Assembly: GCA_964452165.1 (NCBI GenBank) | Contig: CAYVKP010000005.1 | Span: 1-57,993 of the forward strand | Origin: an uncultured Gammaproteobacteria bacterium | GTDB lineage: Bacteria; Patescibacteriota; Microgenomatia; Levybacterales; GWA1-39-11 | DNA: 57,993 nt | Reading direction: 5' to 3' | Shown here: one piece after another, positions 6,406 to 16,415 of the stretch | Layout of the letters: each line of letters opens with the position of its first letter | How positions within the stretch are numbered: position 1 is the stretch's first letter | Notes under the pieces: generated by a model | Seen by the model: the letters and a program-made list of their open reading frames with translations, nothing else | Told to the model about the DNA's origin: nothing | Databases searched by the model: none | Translations under genes and position numbers: made by a program

Positions 6406-8928
6406 TTGCCAGTTAACACTAAAGTGGAATGGCTCACGCGCATTCCCTCATGGACAGTTCCTCAACTGAGGGCTGGCTTAGCCACTCTGGGTCGACCCAC
6501 TACGGGCCTCAAAGCTGCTCTCGTGGCTAACCTGACGGCGTACGTCAGCGGCCGGCCGGCAACTTGGACTCACACATTCGACCCGACCGCCATCGGTGGT
6601 GGCACTCCGCCCCCGCCGCCCGCGAACCCGCCGCACATCACGAACGTCACGCCATCGCCCATCAACCCGATTCGGGAAGGTGACAGCGTTGGAATCGACG
6701 TTACCGTGACGAACGGCGTGGGCACTCGTGTCTTCTCGCTTCAGGCAGGTGCAAACCCTGTCCCGGCGTGGGCCACGATTCACGCGGCTTCCGGCCACGG
6801 CAACATCGCGCCGCCGGCTGGTAGTCACGGTCACTATGACCTGCGGCTCCGCGTCGAGGATGACAACCACGACACGGACGAAGCACCGCTGGTCTTCGAC
6901 GTCTACGCGCCCATGCGGTTCACCAACCCTATCCCGGCCAACATTGTAGGCCGCGTAGGTGGTGCACCGCTCGATCTCGACCTGTCCATCACTGATGGTC
7001 GAGGTGCTGTGACGATCACCATCACGGGTTTCCCTGCAGGCATTAGCCGAACGGGCGATCACTTGACGGGGTCGTACACTGCGGCTGGAACCGGCACTAT
7101 CCACGTCGTTGGAGACGATGGATCAGGCACCCCGTTGACGGCGGACATCCCGTACGTCATTCACCCGCGGCTCGAGCTGGCGGCTGGCTTCACTGCCATG
7201 CCCAACGCAACCGCGAGTCTCGCCTACGACGAGCCCGTTCAGGTACAAGGTGTAGTTGGCACTGCCTCCTACTCCCTGCCTGTCGGACACCCATGGGCGA
7301 GCATCCACGCCGTCACCGGCCATGTCACGGGTACTTCCGGCACTCCCGGTTCAAACCCCTTGACGTTCCGCGTGACGGACAGTGCTGACGGCACATCTGA
7401 GGACTTCAATGTTCCACTTATGACCGTTGCGGCACCCGACTTCACGCCGGCCGCCTTCCCGCCTGTTCCCGCTGGCACTCTGCCTCCGGGTCCGCCGCCT
7501 GGGCAAATCGTGCTCACGCCGACGGTTGCGGGATCGACCATAGCGTACAACGGTGCGGCATCAACAGGGTTGACGACACCTGGCTCACCCGCCTTCATCG
7601 GTGGCATGCTGGGAACGTCCCTGCACTTCAGCCGCGCGCCGTACAACAACCACGAGGTTCAGGTTCACCACCTGGCTTTCGACGTTACGCCTCCTGGCGG
7701 TACGCCGACTCGCATCTGGCGAGACCTCGAGGTTACTCACGCCAATGTGTCTTGGTGGAGACGCATCTGGAACAGTATCCCGGTATGGATGCGCCGGTTT
7801 ATCATCGGAGGCGGTATCCTGGTACTTCTGGTGCTACTCGCCTGGGTGATCACATCACGCGGTCACGACGACAACGTGGGTAAGCCCATTCCTGCAGCAT
7901 CAGCAACGCCACAGGGCGACTCGCTCCGCACGGAAGTTCTCAACGCGCTGAAGAAGGCTGACGCGGACTCTACGTCCACGCAGATCAAAAACACCGTTGC
8001 GAAGTACGTGCCGGACGAGGACAAGGCCAAGGTAATCTCCACGGCCATCAACGACGGCCTGGACACCACCGACAAGGCCAAGATCAAGCGTGACGACGTC
8101 AAAGACGCGCTGATCGAAGCCGTAAAGGCCGACGACGACAAGGCTACCGCCAGCGACCTCGCTGACGACATGGCCAAGGCTGTCCGTAAGCTGATCGCCA
8201 GCGCGGCTGCCAAGGTCACTCCGACACCCGACGTGTCGAAGCAGCCTCCGGCAACGCAGACGCCTGGCAACCAGCCTGGCAACAACAACCCGCCGGCAAC
8301 GCCTGTCACGGGCCCGTCGAATCCACCGTCGACGCCTACGACTGGCAACAACAACCAGTCGTCTACCAACGACTGCATCACTCCTGGACCGGCCGCGACC
8401 GTCAGCCAGATCACGAGTGTGCTAGGTATCGCTATGGGGCCTTTCGTCGACAAGCCGGCTGGTCCTAGCGGTAATGCTCCTGCTCTCTCTTGCGGCACGA
8501 TGGCTCCGTCGGGATCCCTCAGGCTGCCGCCGAACCTACCGGTCAGCTGTAGCTGGTCCAGCAGTGTTCCGCTCTACTCGGGTCGGACGCTCAAGCGTGG
8601 TAGCGCTGCCATCCTGCGGCTTCTTGACCGCGGTGCTGGTACTGTTCAGGTGATGTCCATCGGGTCGCTCAACAACGACACGTACATTGGGGCGTCTCCC
8701 GGCCAGAAGGGCGTCAACCTTGATGCATGGAGCACTCCGTGCCTCAAGTCCTGGAACCACCAGTGGCAGGACGCTTGTCAGGAAGCGCTCGATGTTGCTA
8801 ACAATGGGATCGACTCGATCGACCCTCGCTCGTTGAAGATAACTCTGGACGGATACACCGTCACGGACAAAACCAACTGCGGCGAGCTCGCTCAGCAGAT
8901 CCTGAAAGATCAGCAACAGAAGCGCTAG
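6406..8928 (+). CDS. 840-aa modular protein: SAP/HeH-like N-terminus, three Ig-like repeats, one TM segment, charged and Pro/Thr linkers, Cys-containing C-terminal domain
   Basis: TTG start 5 nt after GGAGGA. WTVPQLRAGLATLGRPTTGLKAALVANL matches the SAP pattern. The TM segment is FIIGGGILVLLVLLAWVITS. The C-terminal region of about 185 aa is homologous to the C-terminus of 16416..18269. Confidence 0.85.
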   Translation: MPVNTKVEWLTRIPSWTVPQLRAGLATLGRPTTGLKAALVANLTAYVSGRPATWTHTFDPTAIGGGTPPPPPANPPHITNVTPSPINPIREGDSVGIDVTVTNGVGTRVFSLQAGANPVPAWATIHAASGHGNIAPPAGSHGHYDLRLRVEDDNHDTDEAPLVFDVYAPMRFTNPIPANIVGRVGGAPLDLDLSITDGRGAVTITITGFPAGISRTGDHLTGSYTAAGTGTIHVVGDDGSGTPLTADIPYVIHPRLELAAGFTAMPNATASLAYDEPVQVQGVVGTASYSLPVGHPWASIHAVTGHVTGTSGTPGSNPLTFRVTDSADGTSEDFNVPLMTVAAPDFTPAAFPPVPAGTLPPGPPPGQIVLTPTVAGSTIAYNGAASTGLTTPGSPAFIGGMLGTSLHFSRAPYNNHEVQVHHLAFDVTPPGGTPTRIWRDLEVTHANVSWWRRIWNSIPVWMRRFIIGGGILVLLVLLAWVITSRGHDDNVGKPIPAASATPQGDSLRTEVLNALKKADADSTSTQIKNTVAKYVPDEDKAKVISTAINDGLDTTDKAKIKRDDVKDALIEAVKADDDKATASDLADDMAKAVRKLIASAAAKVTPTPDVSKQPPATQTPGNQPGNNNPPATPVTGPSNPPSTPTTGNNNQSSTNDCITPGPAATVSQITSVLGIAMGPFVDKPAGPSGNAPALSCGTMAPSGSLRLPPNLPVSCSWSSSVPLYSGRTLKRGSAAILRLLDRGAGTVQVMSIGSLNNDTYIGASPGQKGVNLDAWSTPCLKSWNHQWQDACQEALDVANNGIDSIDPRSLKITLDGYTVTDKTNCGELAQQILKDQQQKR

Positions 8929-9015
8929 TCTCCTCAAGAGGCAAAACAGTGTCTGCGTAAAGCACTGTGATTATGGCAACATAGTCGAATACTTTACGGG
9001 CAGGAGGCTTAATAT

Positions 9016-9384
9016 TTGAGCGTAAGCTTGAATATGAGTTTAGTCGAACTCCCTCCTCAACTCCTTCGGAATTATCGGCCAGTCCTAGGAGGATTGAAAG
9101 CGGTGAACCCCGCCATGGTACGACTGAATCAACAGTTCAGGCTTAAAATTGCAAAGTTCTGGGAGAAATTCCGGCGCGACGCGAAAGAGCTTGGGCTTTG
9201 GGTCAAGGAAGAGCTAACCTACCGGTTGCACATCACGCTGTATTATCTTCGTGAATGGAAAAGCGACTGGGATGAGGACCTGGAAGGATACGAATGGTTC
9301 GTAAGATCCATCATGATCATCCTGGGAATTGTCCTAGTGCTAGTCCTTGGCAACTTGATCACAACAGGCCAGCTACCTTTCTGA
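9016..9384 (+). CDS. Hypothetical C-terminally TM-anchored protein (122 aa)
   Basis: TTG start 8 nt after AGGAGG (9002-9007). C-terminal TM segment IMIILGIVLVLVLGNLI. Intermediate GC. Confidence 0.6.
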   Translation: MSVSLNMSLVELPPQLLRNYRPVLGGLKAVNPAMVRLNQQFRLKIAKFWEKFRRDAKELGLWVKEELTYRLHITLYYLREWKSDWDEDLEGYEWFVRSIMIILGIVLVLVLGNLITTGQLPF

Positions 9385-9617
9385 GCCACCTATTGGAAAT
9401 ATTTCTGAGTTTGCTTACATCAAGCATCTTCTCGCGCGCCGCAAGGCAAACGAAATAAGATCGCTGGATGCGGGCAGATCCCAGGGAGGAAAAAGGATGC
9501 ATTGGAGCACGGTTTCGTCTAACGACGATTTATCTTGCTTCTTTGCAAGAACCTATTCCTTCATCTCGTATACCTTTTTCCTAAGCTCATCATCAGAGAT
9601 GGTGATTTTAGGAAATT

Positions 9618-10934
9618 ATGAAAAACACAATCAAACAAATGAATAAGGAAGATACAGTGCTTGTTGTTACAAGCTATCCAAATCCTGCCAACGGCCGCCT
9701 TGGTAAGCGGGAATTTAATGCCGTGGGTTGGCACAGTGAACACATCTTGCCATATCTTGCAAAACGTAGAAAAGTCTTGATTGCCGCAGAAGACATTGGT
9801 ACAAAAAAGAGCTTTTCTGTAGGCCAAAATATGCTCGTAAAACGTATTTGGCAGAAGGGAAATCCTCTCTCTTTAATAGAACTTACTAAGTTCATTTTGA
9901 AGCAGGATAAGATCAAATCCGTCATGGTTCAGTTTGAGTTTAACGTTCTGGGTGGAACTCTTCTTAATCTTATGCTTCTTGCGATGCTTGCGATTTTGAG
10001 AGTCCGCGGGAAGAAAATTACATTTGAACTTCACCAGGTTTTGACCGACATTGGTGAGCTTTCAAGACATATTAATGTCACAAATCCTGTACTACAGGCA
10101 ATCTATAACGCGGGCCTTAGAGTGTTTTATACTGCTGTTGGAATAGTCTCAAATGAGGTTATCGTATTTGAAGAGGAGCTTAAAACCAGGCTTAAAAGTT
10201 TTGTTCAATCAAAAAAAATTAACGTTCTCTGCCTTCCGGTTGAACGAGGAAAAACGCTTGCCAAGAGGGCTGCAAGGAAGAAATTGGGGCTTGCTCAAGA
10301 TGAATTCATAATGCTCCAGTTTGGATTTATCAACGGATACAAGGGAATAGATTGGATCTTGGCGGCCTTGAACGGAGCGAAAAACAAAGGACAAAGATTG
10401 CTTATTGCCGGAGGTCAAAACCCATACCTTAAAGATAGACCTTTTTATCAAAAGTACTACAACTCAATTTTGCGTGAAGCAAAAAAACATGCTCACGTAA
10501 CTTACAGTGATTTTGTTCCTGAAGACAAGGTTTATCTCTACTTTGCCGCAAGCGACTTGGTAGTCCTGCCCTACACTGCTTGTATGTCGGCGTCAGGTCC
10601 GTTCTCAAGATCTTTAGTCTTTAGAAAACCTGTAATTATTTCTGAAAAACTTGCCGATTATGCAAAGTCCGACGACTTTGCCGCAGCACTTGAAAACACT
10701 AAACTTAAGAAAGAGGATATTGTTTTTGATCTCAAACGTGAGGATTTCTTGAAAATGTTGGCGAAAGCCCGTAAAAACAAAGCTTATTACAAAAAGCTGG
10801 TTAAGTTTTCAAATGCGCTTGCGCAAGCAAGAAACATTGAGAATATTACCAAGAATCTTGATAACATATTGTTTAGGGCCATTCCAAACAAGGCTTTAAG
10901 ATTCTTACCAAGATTTTCTTTTAAATTTTCGTAA
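9618..10934 (+). CDS. Glycosyltransferase, GT1/GT4-like
   Basis: Low-GC ORF. The C-terminal half has the typical group-1 GT layout (LLIAGG...YFAASDLVVLPY). Confidence 0.6.
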   Translation: MKNTIKQMNKEDTVLVVTSYPNPANGRLGKREFNAVGWHSEHILPYLAKRRKVLIAAEDIGTKKSFSVGQNMLVKRIWQKGNPLSLIELTKFILKQDKIKSVMVQFEFNVLGGTLLNLMLLAMLAILRVRGKKITFELHQVLTDIGELSRHINVTNPVLQAIYNAGLRVFYTAVGIVSNEVIVFEEELKTRLKSFVQSKKINVLCLPVERGKTLAKRAARKKLGLAQDEFIMLQFGFINGYKGIDWILAALNGAKNKGQRLLIAGGQNPYLKDRPFYQKYYNSILREAKKHAHVTYSDFVPEDKVYLYFAASDLVVLPYTACMSASGPFSRSLVFRKPVIISEKLADYAKSDDFAAALENTKLKKEDIVFDLKREDFLKMLAKARKNKAYYKKLVKFSNALAQARNIENITKNLDNILFRAIPNKALRFLPRFSFKFS

Positions 10935-10942
10935 AATGAATC

Positions 10943-13900
10943 ATGGGTGTTTTAAAGAAATTATTTTCGCTTCTTAAGTTCAATTGGCCAATTGCTGGCA
11001 TTTGCTTAATCTGGCTAATTCTTGCCATCGCAAATTTTACTCCCGGAACATATTTATCAGGTTGGGATAGTTTACAAACCGAACTGTCGCCGGTGCTTGC
11101 TATCAAACGCGCATTCTTCTCTGCTTGGCAAGAATACCAAAGCTTTGGGCTTGCTGCAGGCATGGGACATGCCGCGGATTTGCCCCGAGCTATAATTTTG
11201 TGGGTCGCGTCTTTTGCAATACCTGCGCCGATCATTCGCTACTTTTTCAATATTTCCATGGTTCTTTTGGCAGGTGTTGGAATGTACAAGCTTATAGAAC
11301 AAAGCTTTTCTTCTAAACAACCCCACAAGTCAGCAGCATTTATTGGAGCGCTCATGTATATTTTTAACTTCTTTGTTGCCGAGTTAATGGCGCTCCCCTT
11401 TGAATCTTTCTCTGTATTTTTTGCCGCTCTTCCCTGGGAACTATGGGCATTTTTAAGAATATTAACGAATAAGAATATCAAGAAATCGGACTACTTACTT
11501 TTTGCAGTTATATTTTTACTTGCAACTCCGCAGGCAATTGCTCTTCAACTTTTTGCGGTTTTGGGTGTACTTCTGGGGCTAATGGCCCTTGGAAGAATTA
11601 TAAACACAAGATCTATTCTTGTCGCTAAACGTGCAGCAATAGGGTTTGCAATTGTTCTTGCAATTAATGCTTTTTGGATTTTACCTCAAGGGTATTTCTT
11701 AAAAACAGGCGCCGCGGTTGTAACTGAAGCCAAAGCAAATCAGCTCTCGACTCAGGACATCTTCTATAGAAACAAGGACAAAGGAAATCCAATAGACTTT
11801 TTTACAAGCACAGGATTCTTTGCTGATGGAGTAAACTCCAGTCAACAACTTATTTTTGCCGACTGGCAAAACCACAGAGCAACAATTCCCGTCGCAATAA
11901 TTTTATATCTTTTAGCAGGACTTACTATTTTTGGAATACTGGTTCCATCAAAATACAGACTGTCATTTTTGTTCTCCTATATCGTCATTTTGATTGCTCT
12001 TGCCAACAACACTTTCCCTTTTGATTTGATTAACTTAGTTATACGAAAAAGCTCTTTCGTCAATCAGGTATTCCGTTCTCCCTTTACTAAATTTGGCATT
12101 CCAGCAGCTCTGGTTAGCGCATATTTTGGTGCAAATGGGGCTGCCTTTATTTTTGAGAGAATCAGGAAAGTTGGCAAAAAAATCAACCCAGCAACCATTA
12201 TTTTTGAAATTTTAATTATTGGCGCAATTTTATATTCCGCTCTACCCGCTTTCTCCGGACACTTTTTTGCCAACAACATGAAAGTAAAAATTCCGGAATC
12301 ATATTTCTCTTTAATGAATTACTTTAAGACTGTTGACAAGAATCAAAGAATAGGGCTTTTGCCGGAATACACACACTGGGGTTGGTACGATTTGGATTGG
12401 GGTTATGACGGATCAGGATTCTTGTGGTACGGAATTGAGCAGCCGGTGATATCGAGAACTTTTGACGTTTGGAGCGCAGTTTCTGAAAATTATTATTGGG
12501 AAGTAAAACATGCAATTGAAGCAGAAAATCTTACTGAACTTGAGAATGTCTTGCAAAAATATGACGTTTCATATCTTGTTCTTGACCGCTCGGCCCAACC
12601 CCTTATTGCATCTGCCAAAGCCCTTTCTTATGACAAAATCCAAGACATGCTTTCTCAAAGCAACAACATAAAGCTTGAGAAAAACTGGGGAGAAATCTAC
12701 GTTTATAAGGTTGCTCAAAATAAAAAAGTGAACAGCTTTATGTGGGGAGTTTCAAATATCCCAAACAGTGGGCCCAGAATTCAAACAACCAATTTTGATA
12801 CTGCTTATCAAAGCCAAAAAGATTATGTAACGAACGAAAACATTCCACTTGATACTTACTATCCGTACTTGGATGTAACCTCGCAAACCGATATTACAAA
12901 AAATTGGAAATTGACCGAATCGGATTCCGGGTGGACTTTTAGCCGCCCTCTCCCTGACAATATTGGGCAAACCAAGCGTGATACCTTAAACGGTACGGTA
13001 GAGCTACCTTTTTACCAAAATGGTGAAGTGGTTAATTATCTTGTACCCTACACTATTAGTTTTCTCGAGGGAGAAATTAGAGTTGAGTTTCCAAAAATTA
13101 TAATCGATTCTTTCGTAAAAAATAAAAATCCCAATAATTGCGTCGATCAACCGGGAACCAATTATACAATCCGAGATGGAAAAATTGAGATAACCGGAAG
13201 AGATGGAGCTTACAGCTGTTTCTATTTTGACGATCAAAGCTTGTCTCAAAAATATGGCTATATTGTCAAAATTCAAAACAAAAATCTTGAGGGACAAAGA
13301 CTTTTCTTCTACATAAAAGACGCGACAAAAGAACAATCCTATGTTGAGAGTAGACTCTCAGAAGATACTCAATATTTCATTTTGGGACAAAGATTTGACT
13401 ACGGACTTGGATATTCTTTTGCTTTCCAAACTACTTCTTATAAAACTATTCAGTCCAAAAATGAGTTATCCGCTGCTGAAATTTATATTATGCCCTACGA
13501 TGTTTTGAAGAATATATTTATCAAAAAACCAGGTTTTGACGGAGTCAAAACTAAATACTACGAAGTTGACGCAAACAAACTCAACTACTATCTTTATACT
13601 GCAAGTCTTGAAAACCAAAGACCCGATTACTTGGTTTTGGACCAAGCATACCAGCCGGGTTGGTTTGCTTATAATGTGTCTGATTTTAATTTTTGGAATA
13701 GAAATTTTCCATTCCTTTTTGGTAAAAGAATTCAGAGCCATGTTGTAATCGACAACTGGGCAAACGGTTGGAAAATCAGCAATGAAAATTCTAATGTTGT
13801 TCTACTCTACTGGCCGCAATATCTTGAATACATGGGGATCTCAATTCTTGTTGGAACTTTTGTTATACTGATTTTATGGACGGCAAAACTCCCGACATTC

Positions 13901-13957
13901 CTACACTTCAAGTTAAAAAAGAAAACGAGCCACTCGCATCACCCCACCGCCAAATAA
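10943..13957 (+). CDS. Large polytopic membrane protein, GT-C-like (AftD/DUF3367- or YfhO-like), 1004 aa
   Basis: More than 12 hydrophobic helices in the N-terminal 450 aa, then a large soluble domain and a terminal TM segment. The N-terminal GWDS...W..YQSFG pattern resembles arabinofuranosyltransferase-like proteins. Confidence 0.6.
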   Translation: MGVLKKLFSLLKFNWPIAGICLIWLILAIANFTPGTYLSGWDSLQTELSPVLAIKRAFFSAWQEYQSFGLAAGMGHAADLPRAIILWVASFAIPAPIIRYFFNISMVLLAGVGMYKLIEQSFSSKQPHKSAAFIGALMYIFNFFVAELMALPFESFSVFFAALPWELWAFLRILTNKNIKKSDYLLFAVIFLLATPQAIALQLFAVLGVLLGLMALGRIINTRSILVAKRAAIGFAIVLAINAFWILPQGYFLKTGAAVVTEAKANQLSTQDIFYRNKDKGNPIDFFTSTGFFADGVNSSQQLIFADWQNHRATIPVAIILYLLAGLTIFGILVPSKYRLSFLFSYIVILIALANNTFPFDLINLVIRKSSFVNQVFRSPFTKFGIPAALVSAYFGANGAAFIFERIRKVGKKINPATIIFEILIIGAILYSALPAFSGHFFANNMKVKIPESYFSLMNYFKTVDKNQRIGLLPEYTHWGWYDLDWGYDGSGFLWYGIEQPVISRTFDVWSAVSENYYWEVKHAIEAENLTELENVLQKYDVSYLVLDRSAQPLIASAKALSYDKIQDMLSQSNNIKLEKNWGEIYVYKVAQNKKVNSFMWGVSNIPNSGPRIQTTNFDTAYQSQKDYVTNENIPLDTYYPYLDVTSQTDITKNWKLTESDSGWTFSRPLPDNIGQTKRDTLNGTVELPFYQNGEVVNYLVPYTISFLEGEIRVEFPKIIIDSFVKNKNPNNCVDQPGTNYTIRDGKIEITGRDGAYSCFYFDDQSLSQKYGYIVKIQNKNLEGQRLFFYIKDATKEQSYVESRLSEDTQYFILGQRFDYGLGYSFAFQTTSYKTIQSKNELSAAEIYIMPYDVLKNIFIKKPGFDGVKTKYYEVDANKLNYYLYTASLENQRPDYLVLDQAYQPGWFAYNVSDFNFWNRNFPFLFGKRIQSHVVIDNWANGWKISNENSNVVLLYWPQYLEYMGISILVGTFVILILWTAKLPTFLHFKLKKKTSHSHHPTAK

Positions 13958-15216
13958 GTAGGAGACTTTTTTTGCGAGGCGCGGGAGCAGGAGCCGGCGC
14001 TGCCTTATTAACAAAAACTTTTGGTGGTGAACAGCAAATTGCCGAAGCCGCTGACCCATTCCACGAAGACGGCTTGCCTCCAAGATTTTCCGATATACAT
14101 GATCCCGACGAGCCCGAAAAAGCCGAGAACTGGAATACCAACAGACTCGAACGGGAAATAAGACAAGCAATAGATAAATCGGTAGATACGGGTGAACATG
14201 TATCCGTAGAGCTTCCCCCGGGACAAATTCTGATTGATAGAAACATTGTCTGCGAGATTAAAAAAGGAGCCGATATCTCTCTTCTTGGAAACAACAATTC
14301 ATACTTAAAACTTACTCCCGAGATGTCGGATATCCCAAAAGATAGAGACTCGGAGGGCGCAAATAGCATGCTCCGATTTGTTGATGTTGAAGGATCAATA
14401 ATAATTGATGGAATAACTTTTGACGGAGGGTCAACCAGGGCTGGAAAGGGCGGTTATAAGGCCCCTGACGGGCCATGGGATTCGATAGTTATGATAACCG
14501 GAAGCGGTCCTGGCGCAGATAAAAAACCTGAGAAAAGAGATGAATCGCGTAAGGGTGAGGCAACGGTTACAAACTGCAAATTCGTAAATACTGAATCCGC
14601 CGGCTGCTTTATGAGAAACCTTTCAAAGGCAGAGATGCAGAATAGTGAAGGTAAGAATTTTGACGCGCTTTGGTGTGTTGCATGGAGTGATACCTATCGC
14701 GGCAGAAATCTTAAAGCCCAGAATTCTCTTTCTGATGGTTTGTCGTTTTTTGTTTGCGACGCCGGTACTCTTGATAATTGCCAGGTAAAAACAGCAAGAC
14801 AAGGATTTCTTACTCAGGGTTCAAAAAATTTTGATTGGAAAAATTGTTATGCGGAGGATTGCGGCAAAGGTTATGACTTCTATGATGATGGCGACTTCCA
14901 CAAACTTGACGAGAATGCGACGCTTGATAACTCCCATTCGCGAGGAAATGCACTCGCCTACTCTATGAGATTTACAAAAAATGTGAATATTAAAAATTCT
15001 TTCCACGATGAAATTGGGGCTTGGTATAACAAAGATGATTTTTTACATAAAGAAATAGCACGACCTGAAGAAATCACAAGAGTTACTGACCCTATGTGGT
15101 TTAGCGATACTGACAACGATGTTAAGTTTTCAAACGTTCAAATAAGAAAAGCGAAGAATATACAAAGAAAATATACTTCTAGGGTTCCGCGGGGAATTCA
15201 AACTTTTGGTTTCTAG
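13876..15216 (+). CDS. Secreted right-handed beta-helix (pectate-lyase-fold) protein with a Tat-type signal
   Basis: SRRLFLRGAGAGAGAALL is a twin-arginine motif. IIIDGITFDGG and NCKFVNTESAG are beta-helix-like repeats. The only canonical start that keeps the RR motif is the ATG at 13876, which overlaps the upstream gene by 82 nt. Confidence 0.65.
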   Translation: MDGKTPDIPTLQVKKENEPLASPHRQISRRLFLRGAGAGAGAALLTKTFGGEQQIAEAADPFHEDGLPPRFSDIHDPDEPEKAENWNTNRLEREIRQAIDKSVDTGEHVSVELPPGQILIDRNIVCEIKKGADISLLGNNNSYLKLTPEMSDIPKDRDSEGANSMLRFVDVEGSIIIDGITFDGGSTRAGKGGYKAPDGPWDSIVMITGSGPGADKKPEKRDESRKGEATVTNCKFVNTESAGCFMRNLSKAEMQNSEGKNFDALWCVAWSDTYRGRNLKAQNSLSDGLSFFVCDAGTLDNCQVKTARQGFLTQGSKNFDWKNCYAEDCGKGYDFYDDGDFHKLDENATLDNSHSRGNALAYSMRFTKNVNIKNSFHDEIGAWYNKDDFLHKEIARPEEITRVTDPMWFSDTDNDVKFSNVQIRKAKNIQRKYTSRVPRGIQTFGF

Positions 15217-15229
15217 CCCTCTTTTCTAT
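15217..15229 (+). repeat. 13-nt direct repeat CCCTCTTTTCTAT, copy 1 (outside the left TIR)
   Basis: An identical 13-mer occurs at 15372-15384. On its own it is near chance expectation for a 58-kb window. Confidence 0.4.
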
Positions 15230-15259
15230 CTATAAAATATTTACAAACAGAAAAAGGGG

Positions 15260-15273
15260 GACAAGGTAGTAGG
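15260..15273 (+). repeat. Left terminal inverted repeat of block C (GACAAGGTAGTAGG)
   Basis: Perfect reverse complement of 18630-18643. Followed by the GATCG-AGGA-CGATC hairpin (15286-15299) and by ACAGGAATC..ATCCC, which also occurs inverted at the right end. Confidence 0.75.
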
Positions 15274-15371
15274 AGTAGGTGTGAGGATCGAGGACGATCA
15301 GGTATTCAGCAGCAAAGCGCTGAGCCTGGTCGTAATCAATCGATTACACATGCTTCCACAGGAATCCTTAT

Positions 15372-15384
15372 CCCTCTTTTCTAT
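15372..15384 (+). repeat. 13-nt direct repeat CCCTCTTTTCTAT, copy 2 (inside the left end)
   Basis: See 15217-15229. Confidence 0.4.
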
Positions 15385-15528
15385 GCCACTTTCGTAGCAC
15401 AGTGTGTCTCATAGGAGAACTGCTTTGGCGGGACACTTTGTGTCTCTTCTTTTTCCCTAGGCGTTAAGCCATCATCGGTGTAAGTGCAGATTCTCCCTTA
15501 GAGTTTAAGCCGTCGCCGACTCAGTAGG

Positions 15529-16308
15529 TCAGCAGCGAACCGTTCCTGGCGAATAGCTAACGCCTCCGTGTTGGAACGCCCAGTCCCACGACTGCCAAGC
15601 CTGGTGTGGGTATCGCCGGTTGTTGACCGCGACACATACGTTGGCAAGCATGAAGCGCTCGGAGCTGTAATACCAGCCTACGTACTGCTTGCCACTGTTG
15701 TCGTTGGGGTGGTCAACTACGCAAAGCGAGTCAAACCAGTGGCCTTCGACGTACATCCAAGACACGTACCAAGTGCCGTAGGCGTCTTGAGCCCACTGAT
15801 CCGTTTCGAGGACACCCCAGACACCGTAGACGCAGTTCACGTAAGGTGACTTGTCGGGTACGGGAGCCCACCAGTCCGCAGTTGGAGCAGGAGCGCCGCC
15901 ACACTGAGTGATCAGATGGAAGCCGCTGGCCGGTACGTTGCGGTAGTGCGAGTCCCCCCGGTTCGCAGCAGCTTGCCGATCAGCAAGTTGTTTCGCCGCG
16001 GCATCACACGCAGCCTGAAGGTTGGGGTAATACCTCCACGCTATCCGCTGAGTTGGGCAACCGTGGTCGCAAGGTGTCCATGGGCCGGTTACGCCGCCGA
16101 AAACCGTGACGTCGATCGCTTGCCCCTGGCTGTTGAGGAGATCCTCCTCGGCAACAGCTATGATGCCGTTGATCGTAACACCGTCCGGAACGGCGTCGCC
16201 GTCGGCCGAGGCCGGAGTGACGCTGTAACCCAGGGTTGCGAACCCGGTGACGAGTACGAGAAGCAGCGCGAAGAGCCACTTCCCCCCGATAGGAATTTTG
16301 AGCACCAT
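15529..16308 (-). CDS. Secreted Cys/Trp-rich protein (259 aa)
   Basis: AAGGAGG SD 8 nt upstream. Signal or TM segment WLFALLLVLVTGFATLGYSVTPASA. Shares the C..GCP..AWRY.N module with 16416..18269. Confidence 0.8.
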   Translation of the reverse strand: MVLKIPIGGKWLFALLLVLVTGFATLGYSVTPASADGDAVPDGVTINGIIAVAEEDLLNSQGQAIDVTVFGGVTGPWTPCDHGCPTQRIAWRYYPNLQAACDAAAKQLADRQAAANRGDSHYRNVPASGFHLITQCGGAPAPTADWWAPVPDKSPYVNCVYGVWGVLETDQWAQDAYGTWYVSWMYVEGHWFDSLCVVDHPNDNSGKQYVGWYYSSERFMLANVCVAVNNRRYPHQAWQSWDWAFQHGGVSYSPGTVRC

Positions 16309-16415
16309 GTGCTCTACCTCCTTCTTCTTTGTTCAGCGCTCAACGCAAGCGCTTTGAACCCAAGTTGTAAACGTAACGCGGCCCCTTCAGAGGGAACGCG
16401 GAGGGTGCTGCGTTC

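Noticed and set aside
5901-6443. A 180-aa minus-strand ORF.
   Set aside because: The same DNA carries three plus-strand micro-ORFs. Two have strong AGGAGG sites and the middle one is stop-start coupled. The minus-strand ORF has no initiation signals.
9484-9633. A short ORF (MHWSTVSS...) after a GGGAGG site in the block B to backbone junction.
   Set aside because: It runs into the start of the glycosyltransferase gene and has an odd composition. It is probably non-coding junction sequence.
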